From positions 1-32,000 of the forward strand of contig JBAYVT010000004.1 in the NCBI GenBank assembly GCA_041674405.1: DNA of 32,000 nt, written 5' to 3'. Position 1 is the stretch's first letter, and each line of letters starts with the position of its first letter. Shown one piece after another: positions 1 through 13,300 of the stretch. The translations under genes and the position numbers were made by a program. Under the pieces are notes generated by a model. The model worked only from the letters and a program-made list of their open reading frames with translations. It searched no databases and was not told the origin of the DNA. The stretch comes from Patescibacteria group bacterium. GTDB taxonomy: Bacteria; Patescibacteriota; UBA1384; XYA2-FULL-43-10.

Positions 1-900
1 GATCGAAACTAACATATCGAGCGAAGCCAACTGATTAGATGTAATTTTCTGTAAACCTATCCCCAAAGAAACTAGAGCGACAATCGAGCCGACCCCCATA
101 GCAACGCCCAAAGTAGTCAAAAAAGCCCTAAGCCCTTTGCTTAAAAAATGGATGGAAGATAAGCGCAAGATCTCAAATATTCCCAAATGCCCGGCATGAA
201 TTCTCACATTTTTGCTTCGCGGCTGCTCTTCCGGCTTGCCAATATCTGCAACTTTCTGATTGTGCACCTCTTTGATAACCTTCCCGTCTTCCATGTACAG
301 GACCTTGTTCCCTTCATTCACAAAATCCGGATTATGGGTAACCATCACTATGGTCGTTCGCCATTTCTCACTTATCTCTTTTAAGATACTCATGATTTCC
401 TTGCCTGTCGGCACATCCAAGTTGCCTGTCGGCTCGTCAACCAAAAGAATATCTGGATTCGTAATCAGCGCCCTGGCTATGGCAACCCTTTGTTGCTGCC
501 CACCGGAAAGCTGCGAAGGTTTATGGCGAGCGCGATCTTTAAGCCCCAATAAAGACAAGTATTGAATCGCTTTTTTTCTCGCCTTTCTTGATTTTTCCCC
601 TTGAAGCAAAAGCGGCATTGCCACATTATCTCTAGCAGTAAGAGCATCAACTAAATTAAACTGCTGAAAAACCATTCCGATTTTTTGGCCTCGGAATTTT
701 GCTTGGTTTTTGGGCTTTAGCGCATTAATATTTATACCTTCAAGAAAGATCTTCCCATCTGTGGGCCTTTCTAGCCCAGCGAGAAGCGAAAGTAAAGTTG
801 TCTTACCACATCCTGACGGGCCGTACACAACAACGAACTCACCTCGATATATATCCAGGTTTATCTGTTTTAGGGCGGGTACGTTAATACGCCCAACCCG
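1..900 (-). CDS. ABC transporter, ATP-binding domain fused to start of MacB/FtsX-type permease domain (partial, runs off window; start region frameshifted, see 901-946)
   Basis: Manual translation: GEFVVVYGPSGCGKTTLLSLLAGLERPTDG (Walker A), GMVFQQFNLVDALTARDNVAMPLLLQG (Q-loop), PSQLSGGQQQRVAIARALITNPDILLVDEPTGNLD (signature + Walker B), MVTHN; continues in frame into LRAFLTTLGVAMGVGSIVALVSLGIG, typical of a MacB_PCD TM start. Missing from the ORF track because it has no closed ends. Confidence 0.9.
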
Positions 901-946
901 ATAAGATTTATTTATGCCTTCCGCAGTTATTTCTGGTCTGTCCATT
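901..946 (-). other. Frameshifted N-terminal segment of the ABC transporter (MDRPEITAEGINKSY | R V...)
   Basis: ATG at 946..944 reads MDRPEITAEGINKSY, then the frame is lost. Removing one base at about 901 joins it to RVGRINVPALKQINLDI in the ATPase frame. Confidence 0.7.
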
Positions 947-1202
947 TTGAATCCGCCTCTAATTCTTCTTCGTACTTGCTCAGATGGACAACTTCCCATA
1001 ACGCTTCAAAAACTGCGATGCAAGTTGCTAGTATTATCAAAGCTGTAATAAAAATTGCCCCAGAAATTAATGCTTTTCGCTCAAGTCCGCCATCGGCATA
1101 AATTACCAGAACATAAATTCCGGCACCGACAAGACCAGTGGAAAAAATAATCCCCAGCGAAAGGATAAGGACTGCTCCAATTTTAATCAACGAATTTCTC
1201 AT
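927..1202 (-). CDS. Small two-TM membrane protein, hypothetical; overlaps the start of the ABC transporter gene
   Basis: 91-aa ORF with ATG start, two hydrophobic segments, 3' end overlapping the ABC gene start (translational-coupling arrangement). Confidence 0.6.
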   Translation of the reverse strand: MRNSLIKIGAVLILSLGIIFSTGLVGAGIYVLVIYADGGLERKALISGAIFITALIILATCIAVFEALWEVVHLSKYEEELEADSKWTDQK

Positions 1203-1230
1203 GACTATATAGACTCAATTACCTCTATTC

Positions 1231-1322
1231 ACAAGATCCTTCGACTTCGCTCAGGATGACACTTCTGTGTCAATTTATGGACTTTCGACTTTATGGACTC
1301 AATAGACTTTATGGACTTTACA
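1231..1322. repeat. Intergenic repeat cluster: GATCCTTCGACTTCGCTCAGGATGACA plus tandem GACTTTATGGACT-type units
   Basis: Sequence at 1235-1261 matches a dispersed-repeat style common in environmental bacterial genomes; about 1272-1320 repeats TTATGGACTTtcGACTTTATGGACTcaataGACTTTATGGACTTTA. Confidence 0.6.
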
Positions 1323-1329
1323 GACTATC

Positions 1330-4300
1330 TTATCCCCTCATCCACTTATCAAATCCCGATAGTGCATCTTGCAACGCTTTAACTATTATCTCGAATAATG
1401 ACATATCGGTTGGGGCGTTTTCAGCCACAAATTTTTGGATAGCTGATGTAGTAACATTTTCTCCTGATTTATCGATAGTTTTAAGCTCAAAGCTGTAGTT
1501 CCTGGTAGGCTTTAGGTTTTCGATAAGAATTGTGTGTGACTGATTTAGAGCCTCATCAAGCGGCGTTTGCAAATTTAGACTTTCTCCCTCTCCGTATAGG
1601 ACCTGTGATTTGGCTAATTTGTCAGTTTTGAACGTCACAATAACCGAAGCATTGTCCTTACTGACAGCGCCGGATTCAATCTTGATTGCTGAAATTACGC
1701 TCTTACCCGAAAGTTCATCGCTTGACACTCCGGTAAGTTCTCCGACTTTGTAAGTATAATTTGCATTGGTTTTTGCCGAAAAATCCAGATAAAAATTCTG
1801 GTCTGTCTCCCCGATTGTCACAAAGCTGCCCCCATCTTCTGACCTCTGAATACTGACATTGCCTTTGCCCTTCGGCCAATACAGCGCATAGGAAGGCTTT
1901 GTTGGGGTTGAAATATTTGAAACAAATAAAGTATCCAGGGAAGACATGGCGTTATCTGCCGCATAAACCATGTCGTGGTTTGCCGAAAAAAGATTTCTGA
2001 CTGAACTCCAGATACGGCTGAATGAATTTGAAAGGGTTTCTGCGATTAAATCAAGAATCGATTTTTGCTTTACTTTGCTTCCAGTGGTAAACGTCTGGTC
2101 AGAAGAAAAGATCTCATTGCCTCGCTTATCCTTAGAAATCACCCTGAAATGATAGGTAGTTGCCGGATTCAAATCTGGCAAGATAACCGTATGCGAAGAA
2201 TTTAAACCGGTGTCGATGTCGGTTTTTCTATCGTAATTTGCGCTTGTGCCGAATTCAACCTGCGAGGTGGCAGGCACGCTTGTTGACCAAGTGGCTTTCG
2301 CCTGAGTTTTGTCCGATATAACTCCTGAAGGCTCTACTTTGATATCAGAAATTTCAAGTTTGCCCTCGCCAATTATTGCATCGGGTAAAATGATTGTGGT
2401 ATCCCCGGCTTTTTGGCTTGTAGTACGGGTAATATCCGTATCGGCAAGCGTTGCCGCGACCTCGGGTGTTATATTGCCGGCTAAATCAACTGCTTTGATG
2501 CTATATGAAGTTTTTAAATTTGCCTGCGACAAATCAAGATAGAACGAATATCCGGTTTTCGGATCGCTAACTATACCCCCGGTTATTCCATTCGGGCCGA
2601 CATTTAAGGCAGATCCGTTTTTAGAAACCACATATCCTTTGAGGCCCGAGATTGCATCAGTTGATGATTTCCAAGCGATCGCTGCAGCAAAAATATTATC
2701 AGCCCTGTCTGAAACATCGTACATTACGGCATCTTCCGGTCTTCCCGGTGCAGTCGTGTCGATTGCAATTATATATTCGTCTGACGAGGCGCTGATATTT
2801 TCCATTTTGTCAGAAGCGCTAACGCGCACAAAATAGGTGCCGTCAACCCCGAATTCATATGCAAATGAAGTTGTTCCCGCATCAATTTCTGCTTCCGAAA
2901 CAACATCATTTCTTCCCGATGCAGAGCCGATATTTATGATGTAGTTCTTAAGGCCAGAATTTATATCTTCAGACGCAGACCAGTTAAATGTCAATTTTCT
3001 GGCTGTGGCAACAATATTTCCGTTAATGTTTTGGGTCGTCTCTGTGACGCCTGGCTTTCCTGGCGTAGTCGGATTATCCGAATCAGCACGTGCAGTCACT
3101 TCGTTCGACACGCCGCTTTCGTTGCCGACCCCATCCAGTGCCGTTACTTTGTAATAATAATCTATGTTGTTAGTCGCATCAGGATCAACATATGTTGCTC
3201 CGCCTCCATAAATTTCAAATGTTTTGTTCGCAGAACCAAGATCAAATCCGGCCGCTGCTCCGCGATACACTTTAATTTTCAAAAGATCAGAATCAGAAGG
3301 ATTAGTCCAGGAAAGAGAAATGGTGTGATTACCGGCTTGTGCAGAAAGAGCTGTTGGGTCAGCCGGAGCGGCGCGATCTAGTGTGATTGATTGCGAATAG
3401 GTAGCCGACTCGTTGCCGTACTGGTCTTTGTATTTGAGACATATTGTGTAGGCGGCATCGACATCAGGCAGCGCCAGGCCGATACTAGAAGCAACACCGA
3501 TGTAATCGCTGTCCGAAAAATCAGAATTAGTCGAAGCAATTACCTGTGTAGCAGTGCCGTAAGTCAAATTTAGTGATAAATCGCGAGAATTCGTCGTTGA
3601 TCCTTGCGCAATCGCAAACGAGCCTGACGGTGCGGGATTATCGTTAATGATCGTAAATGTGAGCGTGCTGGTCGCGCCAATAGAGGTATTTACAGGATTG
3701 GAAAGTGTGAAGACGATAGTTTTGTTCGAGCCCACAAGGTGATTGTTGATCAGCGTCAAATTAACACTAACTCCATTCTGTCCATGGGCAATACTCGCAG
3801 TACCATTGGTAAAAGTGTAATCGGTATCTTTAACTGCCGTACCACCAGTAGCTGCGTAATCAACAGAGGCGTCTGTGCCGGATATTTCAGAAAGGTTAAT
3901 TGAAATGTTATTGGATCCAGAAGAAATTGAATTCTGGCTGGTTGCAGCAGCAAATTGCACGCTTGGATATCCAGTAATGGTGTGGACCAAAGCAGACATC
4001 GAAGTCTCAGCACCATCATTGTTTTCGGCTTTCATTTGATAAGCATACTCCGTACCAGCGGTAAGGCCGGAATTAGTAAAGCCCGAAGCCCCACCCCAGT
4101 CCGAATATGTTTGCCAATCAGCATCGTTTTGCAGGCTTCCATCAGCATGTTTGACATACTTTCCAAGAGTCTCATTATATATTGCATATCTGGTGCCAGC
4201 CGGATTGGAATTTTGATTTATGAAAATTTTAATCGCACTAGCTGAAACGGCAGAGGCATCTGGGGCTCCAGGCACATTTGCCAAGGTATATTTCGAAGCA

Positions 4301-7300
4301 GCCAAAGATGGGGCTGCCAAAACACCATCGCCGTTTCTTGCCCTAACCACATAGCTATAAGAAGTGTTGCTGGATAGTCCAATATTGGCTATTCCAGAAT
4401 CTCCGCCCCAACCTTCTCTTGTTTGCCACGTTGCAAAGGCGCTCAATGTACCATCGGCTTTAAGATATTGTCCAGCGGCTGAGTTATAGATAATAAATTC
4501 GGTACTAGCCGGATTTGAATTTGCATTTATTATTATTGTTAAAGAGCTAGAAGAAGTTGCATTGACGGTTGGCGAAATTGAAGCATTAGCTGGCGAATAA
4601 ACATTGGCAGTACTCGAGAAATCAGTGGTAATCATGTCGCCATTTTCGGCTTTGACCTTATATGTGTATGAGACATTCGGGCTAAGACCAACATTTATAA
4701 ATCCGCTTGCACCACCCCAATCGGCATAGAGTTGCCAGTCTGGGTCATCTTGGAGCGTTCCATCAGCGTGTTTGACATATTTGCCGGCAGTATCATTGAA
4801 AATTGCATAACGAGTATTGGCATCAGGATTGCTATTTTTGTTAATAACAATCTTAATGCCGGAAGCGGTCGCCGACACTGTCGGGGCACCAGGAATATTG
4901 GCCAGTGTATAAACCGTCTTTTGATTAGAATCGTTTGAGCCATAATCATTGAATACATTTGCGTGGCGGGTATAGGAAGTATTGGCCGAAAGCCCGGTTT
5001 CATTCCAGCCTGTTGAATCAGCAGCTAAATCATGCAAGTCTGTGTGGTCGGTGTCTTCTACTTTCCAGCCAGTCTCTCCCGAGACATTACTCCAGCTCCA
5101 ATTAACTTGTGAAGCTGATGCAGCCGTGCCATTAAAATCGTTGGGTGCAATTGGCGCAACACAGGCGCCGGTTGCGAAGTTTGAAATTGCAGACCAGCCT
5201 CCTGTACCATTTGCATCAGAGGTAGATGATACTTTCCAATAATATGTCGTCACGTCAACCAGGTCAGATAGGCCATGTTGGGTATCTGTAATATTTGATG
5301 TTGTACCAAGATTTGTTGCATTCGTATCCGTACCATAAGAAAAATTATAACTATTGGCGCCGCTTGCAGCAGCCCATGAAGCCAAAGCAGTGGTTGAACA
5401 AATATTGGATACTTGCCTGTTGGTAGGAGGTCCGGGAGGAGTAACATCAGCTCCGGCAATTGAATAAGACGTTTCTGTGCCATCGCCATTTTTGGCTTTA
5501 ATCTTAAACCAATATTGAGTATTCCAAGGCTTTCCGAACAAATTATAAGTCGTCTCTGTCTGCCAAGCCATATCCACCGGATCTTGATAATCAGTTCCGT
5601 TGGCAGAATATTGAATCCAATAATTTGTGCCTTCGGGATTATTATTTGGGTTAATCGTCACATCGAAGTGATAACCATACGCGAGGACATAGTCCCCCGA
5701 TACAGTCGGCGCAGACGGTGTATTTGCCAAAGTATACTTCGGCGCTGAATACGCTGGGTCGGAATCGCTGCCTGATCCGGCGGCAATTATCTTGGCACAA
5801 TACTGTGTGTTGATACTTTTTCCGGTCACAGACTGCAAAGTTGCGCCGGCGGCCGCTGTGTAGTCGGGCGTATCAGGATAAGTTGCAAGCGAGCAGTCAG
5901 CATTGGAATTGGTCGAAATATAGACTTTGAATCCGGTCTCATCTGAGGAGTTATCGGTCCAAGTAGCATCAAACGAGGTAGAATCGATATTACCGATGGC
6001 CGCATCCGTCGGAGCGTTGGGCTTGCAGACAGCGCTTGAACTTATCAACCAGCCAACATTGCCAGAGCCGGTTGAATATGTCGCACAGAAAGAAGCACCA
6101 GTATTTGTCGATTTTGACACATCAACATAAGTGACTGCAGTAATCGTCGTCGGGTTAAATGCCCAGTTGGTTGTGCTGGATGGTGCTAGTATAATCGGAT
6201 GGTTAGCTGCACCAGCAATGTTTACCTTATCAAAGTCGTAAGTAGAGCCGGAATGGAAAGTCAATTTTGATGATTGGGTCGTGTCTGTAAACGTGCCGTT
6301 AACAGTCGCGGAATCAGCAAATACTACGCCAGAAGCTGACGCATTGGTTGAAGTCAAATTATTGAATTCTTGAATAGAGGTCCCATTTGATGAAGTAATC
6401 GTCTGAGTGTTCGAACCATTCAGGGTCACCACTTGTGTGCCAGTGCCAGGCGTTACCGCAATTCCGGCAAAATTGATATTCCCGCCAACAGAAATTGAAC
6501 CTGTGCCGAAGTCGATGGCATTGCCTGATAGGGTCCCACTCTGGCGTAAATCTCCTGCATCAGTATGAGAACCAGACTTAAGCAATATTACTCCGCCGTA
6601 GTTATTGCCACCAAGACCAGCATATAAACCATTAGAGGAAAGATTTACTCCATTCGTATCTAAAGTAGTGGTTTTATTAGAAGTTGCACCCGAAGCACTA
6701 ATATAGCCAGTGGTAGTAATACCCGAAGAAAGTGTAAATGTCACATTGTTAGTTTTGCCTACGTACTGCACATTCATATTGCCAAAATTGTATCCGGCAA
6801 TTGTAATATCCGAATTGGGATAATATTTAAGAAATCCACCACCAGACCAAGTAACCCCTGTGTTTACTAAAGGATCACCATCAGACTTGCCCAAATCTAA
6901 ATAATGTCCTGATGACAGAACTCCTCCAGAATAGACATATAAAAAGTTACCAACATAAATTGATGTATCTAAGGTGGTAGTCTGTCCATTGTGAGCACAC
7001 TTTAAATTATAGAAATCATAAGAAACTCCCGAAACTACCGCAAGTGCTTTCACACTTCCTGTCCCAGTCAAATCAACAGTAGAAGTGCCTGATGTTTCCG
7101 TAATATTCGTTCCGCTTGAATCCCAATTGCCTGAGACAGTCCAAGTGCCGGAGCCGTATTGAAGAACTCGGGTTGTGGAGCCGGAGGCAGTCATATTTGC
7201 GCAGAAAATATTGTGTGTATCAGCATTAAATGTGCCTTTGGTCAACGTGAAATCACTATTGGCGACAATATCGCCAGCTGCGGTGTAAGTCCCCGTTCCA

Positions 7301-10300
7301 TTGAAAGTTAGTTTGTAATAAGTTGTCGCAGTGATAGTCGGCGTGCCTGCACCCCGGTATGTTATGGTCGAAGTCGAAGACGTGAAGGTGTCGTTGATGA
7401 CCAAAGGCGTACCTCCGCCCCAAATTTCTATCGTTTTGTTTGAGGCGTCAAAATTACCAGCCGTAATTGTAAGCGTTGAACCCACAGTTATATCGCCCGC
7501 AGCGGTAAAGGTAGTGCCAGCTTGGTTGAAGAAGAGGTTGTAATAGCTGGCGGCAGCGACAGTCGTAGGACCCGATCCGGTGTATCTGACATTAGAAGTG
7601 AATGGATCAAACGTTCCATTAATTACAAGCGGCGTGCCAGATCCAGATAGGTAAAGATTGGTATTGCCCACATTGAAGGTGCCCGCGTTAACTGTCAAAA
7701 CGTTGGAGACGGTGTTGTTGCCGACTTCTGTAAAGGTTGTCCCTGTGTGGTTGATATATAGGTTGTAATAAGTTGTTCCTTTTACATTTGTCGCTGATGT
7801 GCCCTCATAAGAAATGGTTGAAGTAGATGGTGTAAATGTACCAGTATTAATAAATGGTGTGCCAGAACCAGTGAGGTGAATAGTCTTGTTAGAAGCATTA
7901 AATGTACCAGCATTGTTAGTGAAAACAGATGAAACTGTAATATCGCCGGCAGCAGTGAATGTAGTACTAGTATGATCTAGATAAAGATTGTTATAAGTCG
8001 TACCAGCAATATTTGTGGCGGAGGAGCCGGTATATTTGAAAGTTGAAGTCGAAGCGGTAAGCGCCCCGCCCGGAGCAGTTGCCGTACCCAGTGAATAGAA
8101 GGAAGCTGGAGCGTTTTGGCTGTTATAATCGGTGGTAACCCAAGGCTGAGTCCAAGCGACGCCATTGCCGACTCTTAACTCATCGAAGTAGGCATTTGCG
8201 TACGACGGACCGGCATAGAGGTTTGCCCCCAAGCGCAATGATCCAGTCAAGACAGGTGCCGACGCGGATGTATTTTGCCCGACCTGAGTGGCACCGACAT
8301 AAATCGTCCAGACACCACCGGAAGTTCGAGTTATGGTAAGCTTTTTCCAGCCGAGCGTTGTTATCGAGCCGGCTGGAGCTGTTACTACGCTTCCGGCGAC
8401 ATATGGAATATCGACATTGATCGAACCGTTAGTGTTGATAGTGGCAAATATCTGGCCTCCACTAAAACCACCCGGCCCCCTGCCGATGAAAGTGCTTACA
8501 CTGCTCAATGAATTGAGATATGTCCAAGTGCCCCATGATGCAGTCGCGCTATCGAGCCCGACCGGAGAGGTCTTGGTGAAGTAGGCCGAACTGCCGTCGA
8601 GCATCATGCTTTTGCCCACTGTCCCGTTTGCGCTATATGTGACGCTTCCGCTTGGTGTCAGATCATTGATATTTGATGTGGAGTCTGTCGCATTACCGGA
8701 AGCCTGATTCATATGCCAGACACCGGCGAAGCCATTGCTCCAGACCGCCTGCTGGTCGGCGGCGGAGGGCATAGTCGCCGAAGAGTTGCCCCAATAGAGA
8801 TAAAAAGTGGAATCAGCGTCACTGCTTAAAGAAGGAGCCTTAAACCAAACTTCCATCGTGTGTCCAGTGGTATCAACGCTTACGACTTGGTTTTTCAGGA
8901 CAGTGGTTGCATTGGAGTCGGTAACGCGGATATCTTTTCCGTCAGAGGCGACCTGCGACCAGAAATCAGCAGGAATGTTGGCCTCAGTCAAAAGTACCGG
9001 AAAATCGCTTACTCCACCCGTGCCGATTTTGGTGTGGTCAATTGTAATAGTGGAGCGATGGCCCCAGCCGGTCAGCCAAGCGCCGGTAGCGCCCGGAGTA
9101 ATCACAAATGGCGTTCCACTTCCGGTTAAATTAATTGTCTTATCCGCAGCATCAAATGTTCCGGCATTAATGGTAAAAACATTTGAAACTGTAATATCGC
9201 CAGCTGCTACATATGTTTCAACCGCTTGGTTAATGTATAAATTGTAATAGGTTGCTGAAGTTACACTTGTGTTACCCGAGGCATTTCCTGTATAGCTGAT
9301 TGTCGAGGTAGACGGAGTAAACGAGCCGTTCAAAACGAAGGGGGCACCAGTTGAGCCAGCTAAGGTAATTGTTTTATTTGAAGCATCGAATGTGCCGGCA
9401 TTAACTGTTAGAACATTATAAACTACAAAATTTGCCGCTGCCGTAAAGGTTGTATTGCTATGATCGAGGTAAAGGTTGTGATAATAAACCCCGGCAACAT
9501 TAGTTGCAGCTGCACCTGTATACTTGACAGTAGATGTGGAACGATGAAAAGAGGCGATTGATGATACAAGAGGTGTACCCGATCCGGATAAAGTAATAGT
9601 ATAACTAGACGCATCAAAAATGCCTGTATTTACAGTTAGCACCGAGGAAACCGTTATGTCGCCAGCTGCCGTAAAGGTTGTGTCGGCGTAATTGAAATAC
9701 AGATTGTTGTAGGTAGTAGAAGCAACATTCGTGGCCAATGTACCCTCGTAAGAGATGGTCGAGGTCGCGGGCGTAAAGGTACCGGTCACAACGAATGGAG
9801 TAGTTGAGCCGGTGAGGTGGAGTGTTCTTGACGACGCACTAAATGCTCCGGCATTAATTGTTAACACACCACTAACCGTAATATCACCAGCGGCAGTAAA
9901 GGTAGTGCCGGTATGATCTGCAGCATAAAGGTTGTAATAACTTAAGGCATTTACATTGGTAGCGTTTGCTCCCTGAAACTTAACTGTCGACGTGCCGATC
10001 GTAAAGGTCCCTGCAATAGAGAGTGGATCTCCAGAACCTGTCAAAACAAGGGTTGTGCCGTCAAGATTAACTGTGGCCGTCGCTGGAATGACTAGATTGG
10101 GAGTTGTCGAAGTAATGCCCGCCCCCGAGTTGGGCCGCCAAGCGTTTCCGGCAAGGACATAAAGTTTTTGGTCAGTATCGGTTTGTGTTGCGCCGGTTGG
10201 AAGGGTTAGGTCCCCCGTACCAGTATTAACCTCAAAGAAAATGTCTTCATCGGAAGAAACCGAATTGTCGTATTTGGAAATATCAGTATTGGAAAGTGTT

Positions 10301-13300
10301 TGATTGTCGGCTGAACCGATGGATAAATGTTTTTCATAAAGTGCTATGCCGGATACATCACCGGAGACATATTTTGTAACCGCATTTGCTTCATTGGCAT
10401 CGGCCACGCCATCAACAAAAACCGTGATCGTATCTCCAGCTGAAGGCTGGGTGACATTTGAGATTGACCAGGACCCTCCCGAAGTTGTACCAGTAGCCGC
10501 ATCGAGGCTCCCATTGATTGCCACTTTGACCGTTTCACTATCGCCGCAGTTGGTTGACTCATCATACTGTTTGCAGGTGCCGGAAATGGTGATACCCCCG
10601 GCGGGTACTGAATAAAAGGTTGAGGCGGAACTCTGATTATTAAATTCAGTTTGAATCCAGGGCTGAGTACGAATAGTTGAAGAAGCGGTAAAATTTTCAA
10701 ACTTTGCGCCTGTTTGCGATCCTCCCCAACTATTGTGTGCCCTCTGCCCTATGCCCACGTCTATCGCTCCTGTTGCATTTGGATCTCCATTCACCGTTGG
10801 ATGGGCAACGTCTGAGCCATCGATATAGAACTTCATCGAATTCCCTGAAGGCGAGAAAGTGAGAGAAACAAAATGCCAACCCGTTGTAAGGACATTCCCA
10901 GCACCTACCCATCCGTTAACATTGTCGTAATAAGAAATTTCAGCATTGTTATAGTCCCACTCATACGAAACGGTGGAATCATTCGAATATCGACTAATAA
11001 TTTGGTGGATGCCGTCTGAAACACTTGGAAAATAAACCATTCCTTCAAAGGTTTTGTCTTGAGCGTTAAGATTAAGCGAATCACTGCTGCCGACATTAAT
11101 TGTTTGACCTGCGGTATATTGCTGCGACTTTCCGTAAAGGCCGTCGGCTTGAACAGGAGTATTTGCGCCCGATTTGCTACCTGTGTTGCCGTTTCCGCTT
11201 GAATCAGAAATAGTTGAAGTCGTCACATCGTTCATGTGCCAGACACCGGCATAACCGTTTGACCATACTCCCTGTTTCCAGGAGGCTGGCGGGGCAACCG
11301 CCCCAGTATTACCCCAGTAAAGCTTAAAAACAGTATCGCTATCGCTCGAAAGACCGTCAGCCTTGAACCAGAGTTCCATTTTTTTGTTACCCGTATCAAG
11401 AGAAACTAGCTCGTGATTCATTAGTAAGGTATCGTCGTGGTTCATTATCCTGATATCTTTGCCATCGGCCGCGACCTGGCTCCAAAACAAAGCCGGGATA
11501 TTGGCCTCGGTGACAAGAACGGGGAAGTCGGCAACTCCGCCTGTACCAACCTTCGTGTGGTCAATCGTAATCGTGGTGTTATAATCCCAACTAGTCGGAG
11601 GAATGGGTATGGCTGTAAAGTCTTTTCCTGTGAGATCAGCTCCGGAAACCGTCGCACTCAAAGTTGCCGGGGTAAATGTGTAAGCTGTCTTGGTTGGGGT
11701 CAAAGTGTAGGTTCCATCGGGTACACCTGTAATCGTATAAGCTCCATTTTCGTCAGTATCATCGGATCTGGTACCATCAGACACAGTAACGCCAGAAATG
11801 CCAGTGCTAGACCAGTCGAGTATTGTGCCTGAGATGCTGTACGATGGCTCCTCGGCAACTGCAAAATCGGTGTCGGGCACATCTGATCCGCTCAATGCAA
11901 CGTCGGTACTGGTGGGCGAGAATGTTAGCCCTTCTATGGTTGGAGTGACAGTCCATGTCATACCGCTAAGCAAAGGCGGACTCGTGTAATTACCGCCGCC
12001 ATCGGCAGTAACATGAATTGTGGTTTGGCCAGAAGCGCTGAAAGCCACATCTGCCCCCGCTGCCTGGCTTGACGCTAGATATCTGACAATTACTATACCT
12101 GAGCCACCGTGCCCGCCAGCATAACTGCCCGAGTCAGCACCTGAACCACCGCCTCCGCCGCCAGTATTTGCCGTTCCGTCGGTTCCGTTTTGAGCCGATA
12201 TGCTCCCGGCTCCGCCACCACCTTTTCCTCCAGCTTTGGCACTTCCACCACGATCTGTCCTCGCTCCTCCTCCGCCACCTCCGGCGATCCATCTTGTTCC
12301 TGAAATATCAACGCCGGCATTAGCTGCTGTGAGCAAGCTTGAATATGTTGACAAGCCATCTCCGCCAGCACCGGCAGTATCTCCAGATGCATTTCCTCCT
12401 ACAGCGCCTGCGCCACCTCCTCCTGCTCCTCCCCAACCATATGCCGATGTTTCATCACCTCCATCATTACCTTGGTTTGCAGTACCAGAACCACCACTAC
12501 CATAAGTAGTACCATCACTAGCGCTTCCGCCACCGCCACTACCACCATTACTACCTGCTGTTCCAGAATACGGCCAAGTACTAGTTGTTCTTGATCCACC
12601 ACCGCCACCACCTACAGCCGTCAAGGTGTCGACGACAGAATTTTCGCCACTTTCCCCAGGAAGTCCTCCTCCCGCTTGCGCATTCCCGGCTCCTCCCAAA
12701 CCGACAGTAACTGGATATGATCCAGCTGAAAATGAATGGGAGCTTTCATGCAATAATCCTCCAGCACCACCGCCACCAGCGAAATATCCGCCGCCGCCGC
12801 CGCCAGCCACTAAGAGAACCTCTGCTTCTGCGGCTTCGGAGACGACAAGCGTGTCATCGGATTTAAAGGTGCGGATAGTGTATGCACCATCATAGATAAC
12901 TGTTCCGCCACTCATAGGATCGGATCCTGCAGCAACGGTTCCGCTAATAATGTTAGCTGCTACTGCAGTGGAATCTTGCCCTGTTACATTTGCATTGGTG
13001 ATAGAAATATCTGATATGGTAGCGGGGGTAAAGCCATAATTAGTCTTGCTGAAAGCGAGATTATAGGTGCCAGGAACTAATGGTGTCGTGGTAAATGTGC
13101 CGTTAGCGGCCGTAGTGGCAGTTGCGCTTGAGGTGCCAGTAACCGAAACCGTAACTCCCGACAATCCGTTGCCACCGTAGGTAACGGTTCCTGATATAGT
13201 CCATCCATCTGGATCCCCATCAGTGACAGTTGGGGCTGGGGCAGCTGCTAGTGCCCATGTGCCCTGATCTGGAGTGGCAGCATTGGCATCTTTATAAACA

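Noticed and set aside
897-904. Programmed ribosomal frameshifting in the ABC transporter
   Set aside because: No canonical slippery heptamer and ABC transporters do not normally use this; sequencing error or mutation is more parsimonious.
12060-12830. Highly repetitive GC-rich stretch as a possible CRISPR or tandem DNA repeat
   Set aside because: No repeat-spacer regularity; it encodes an in-frame Gly-rich domain inside a long ORF.
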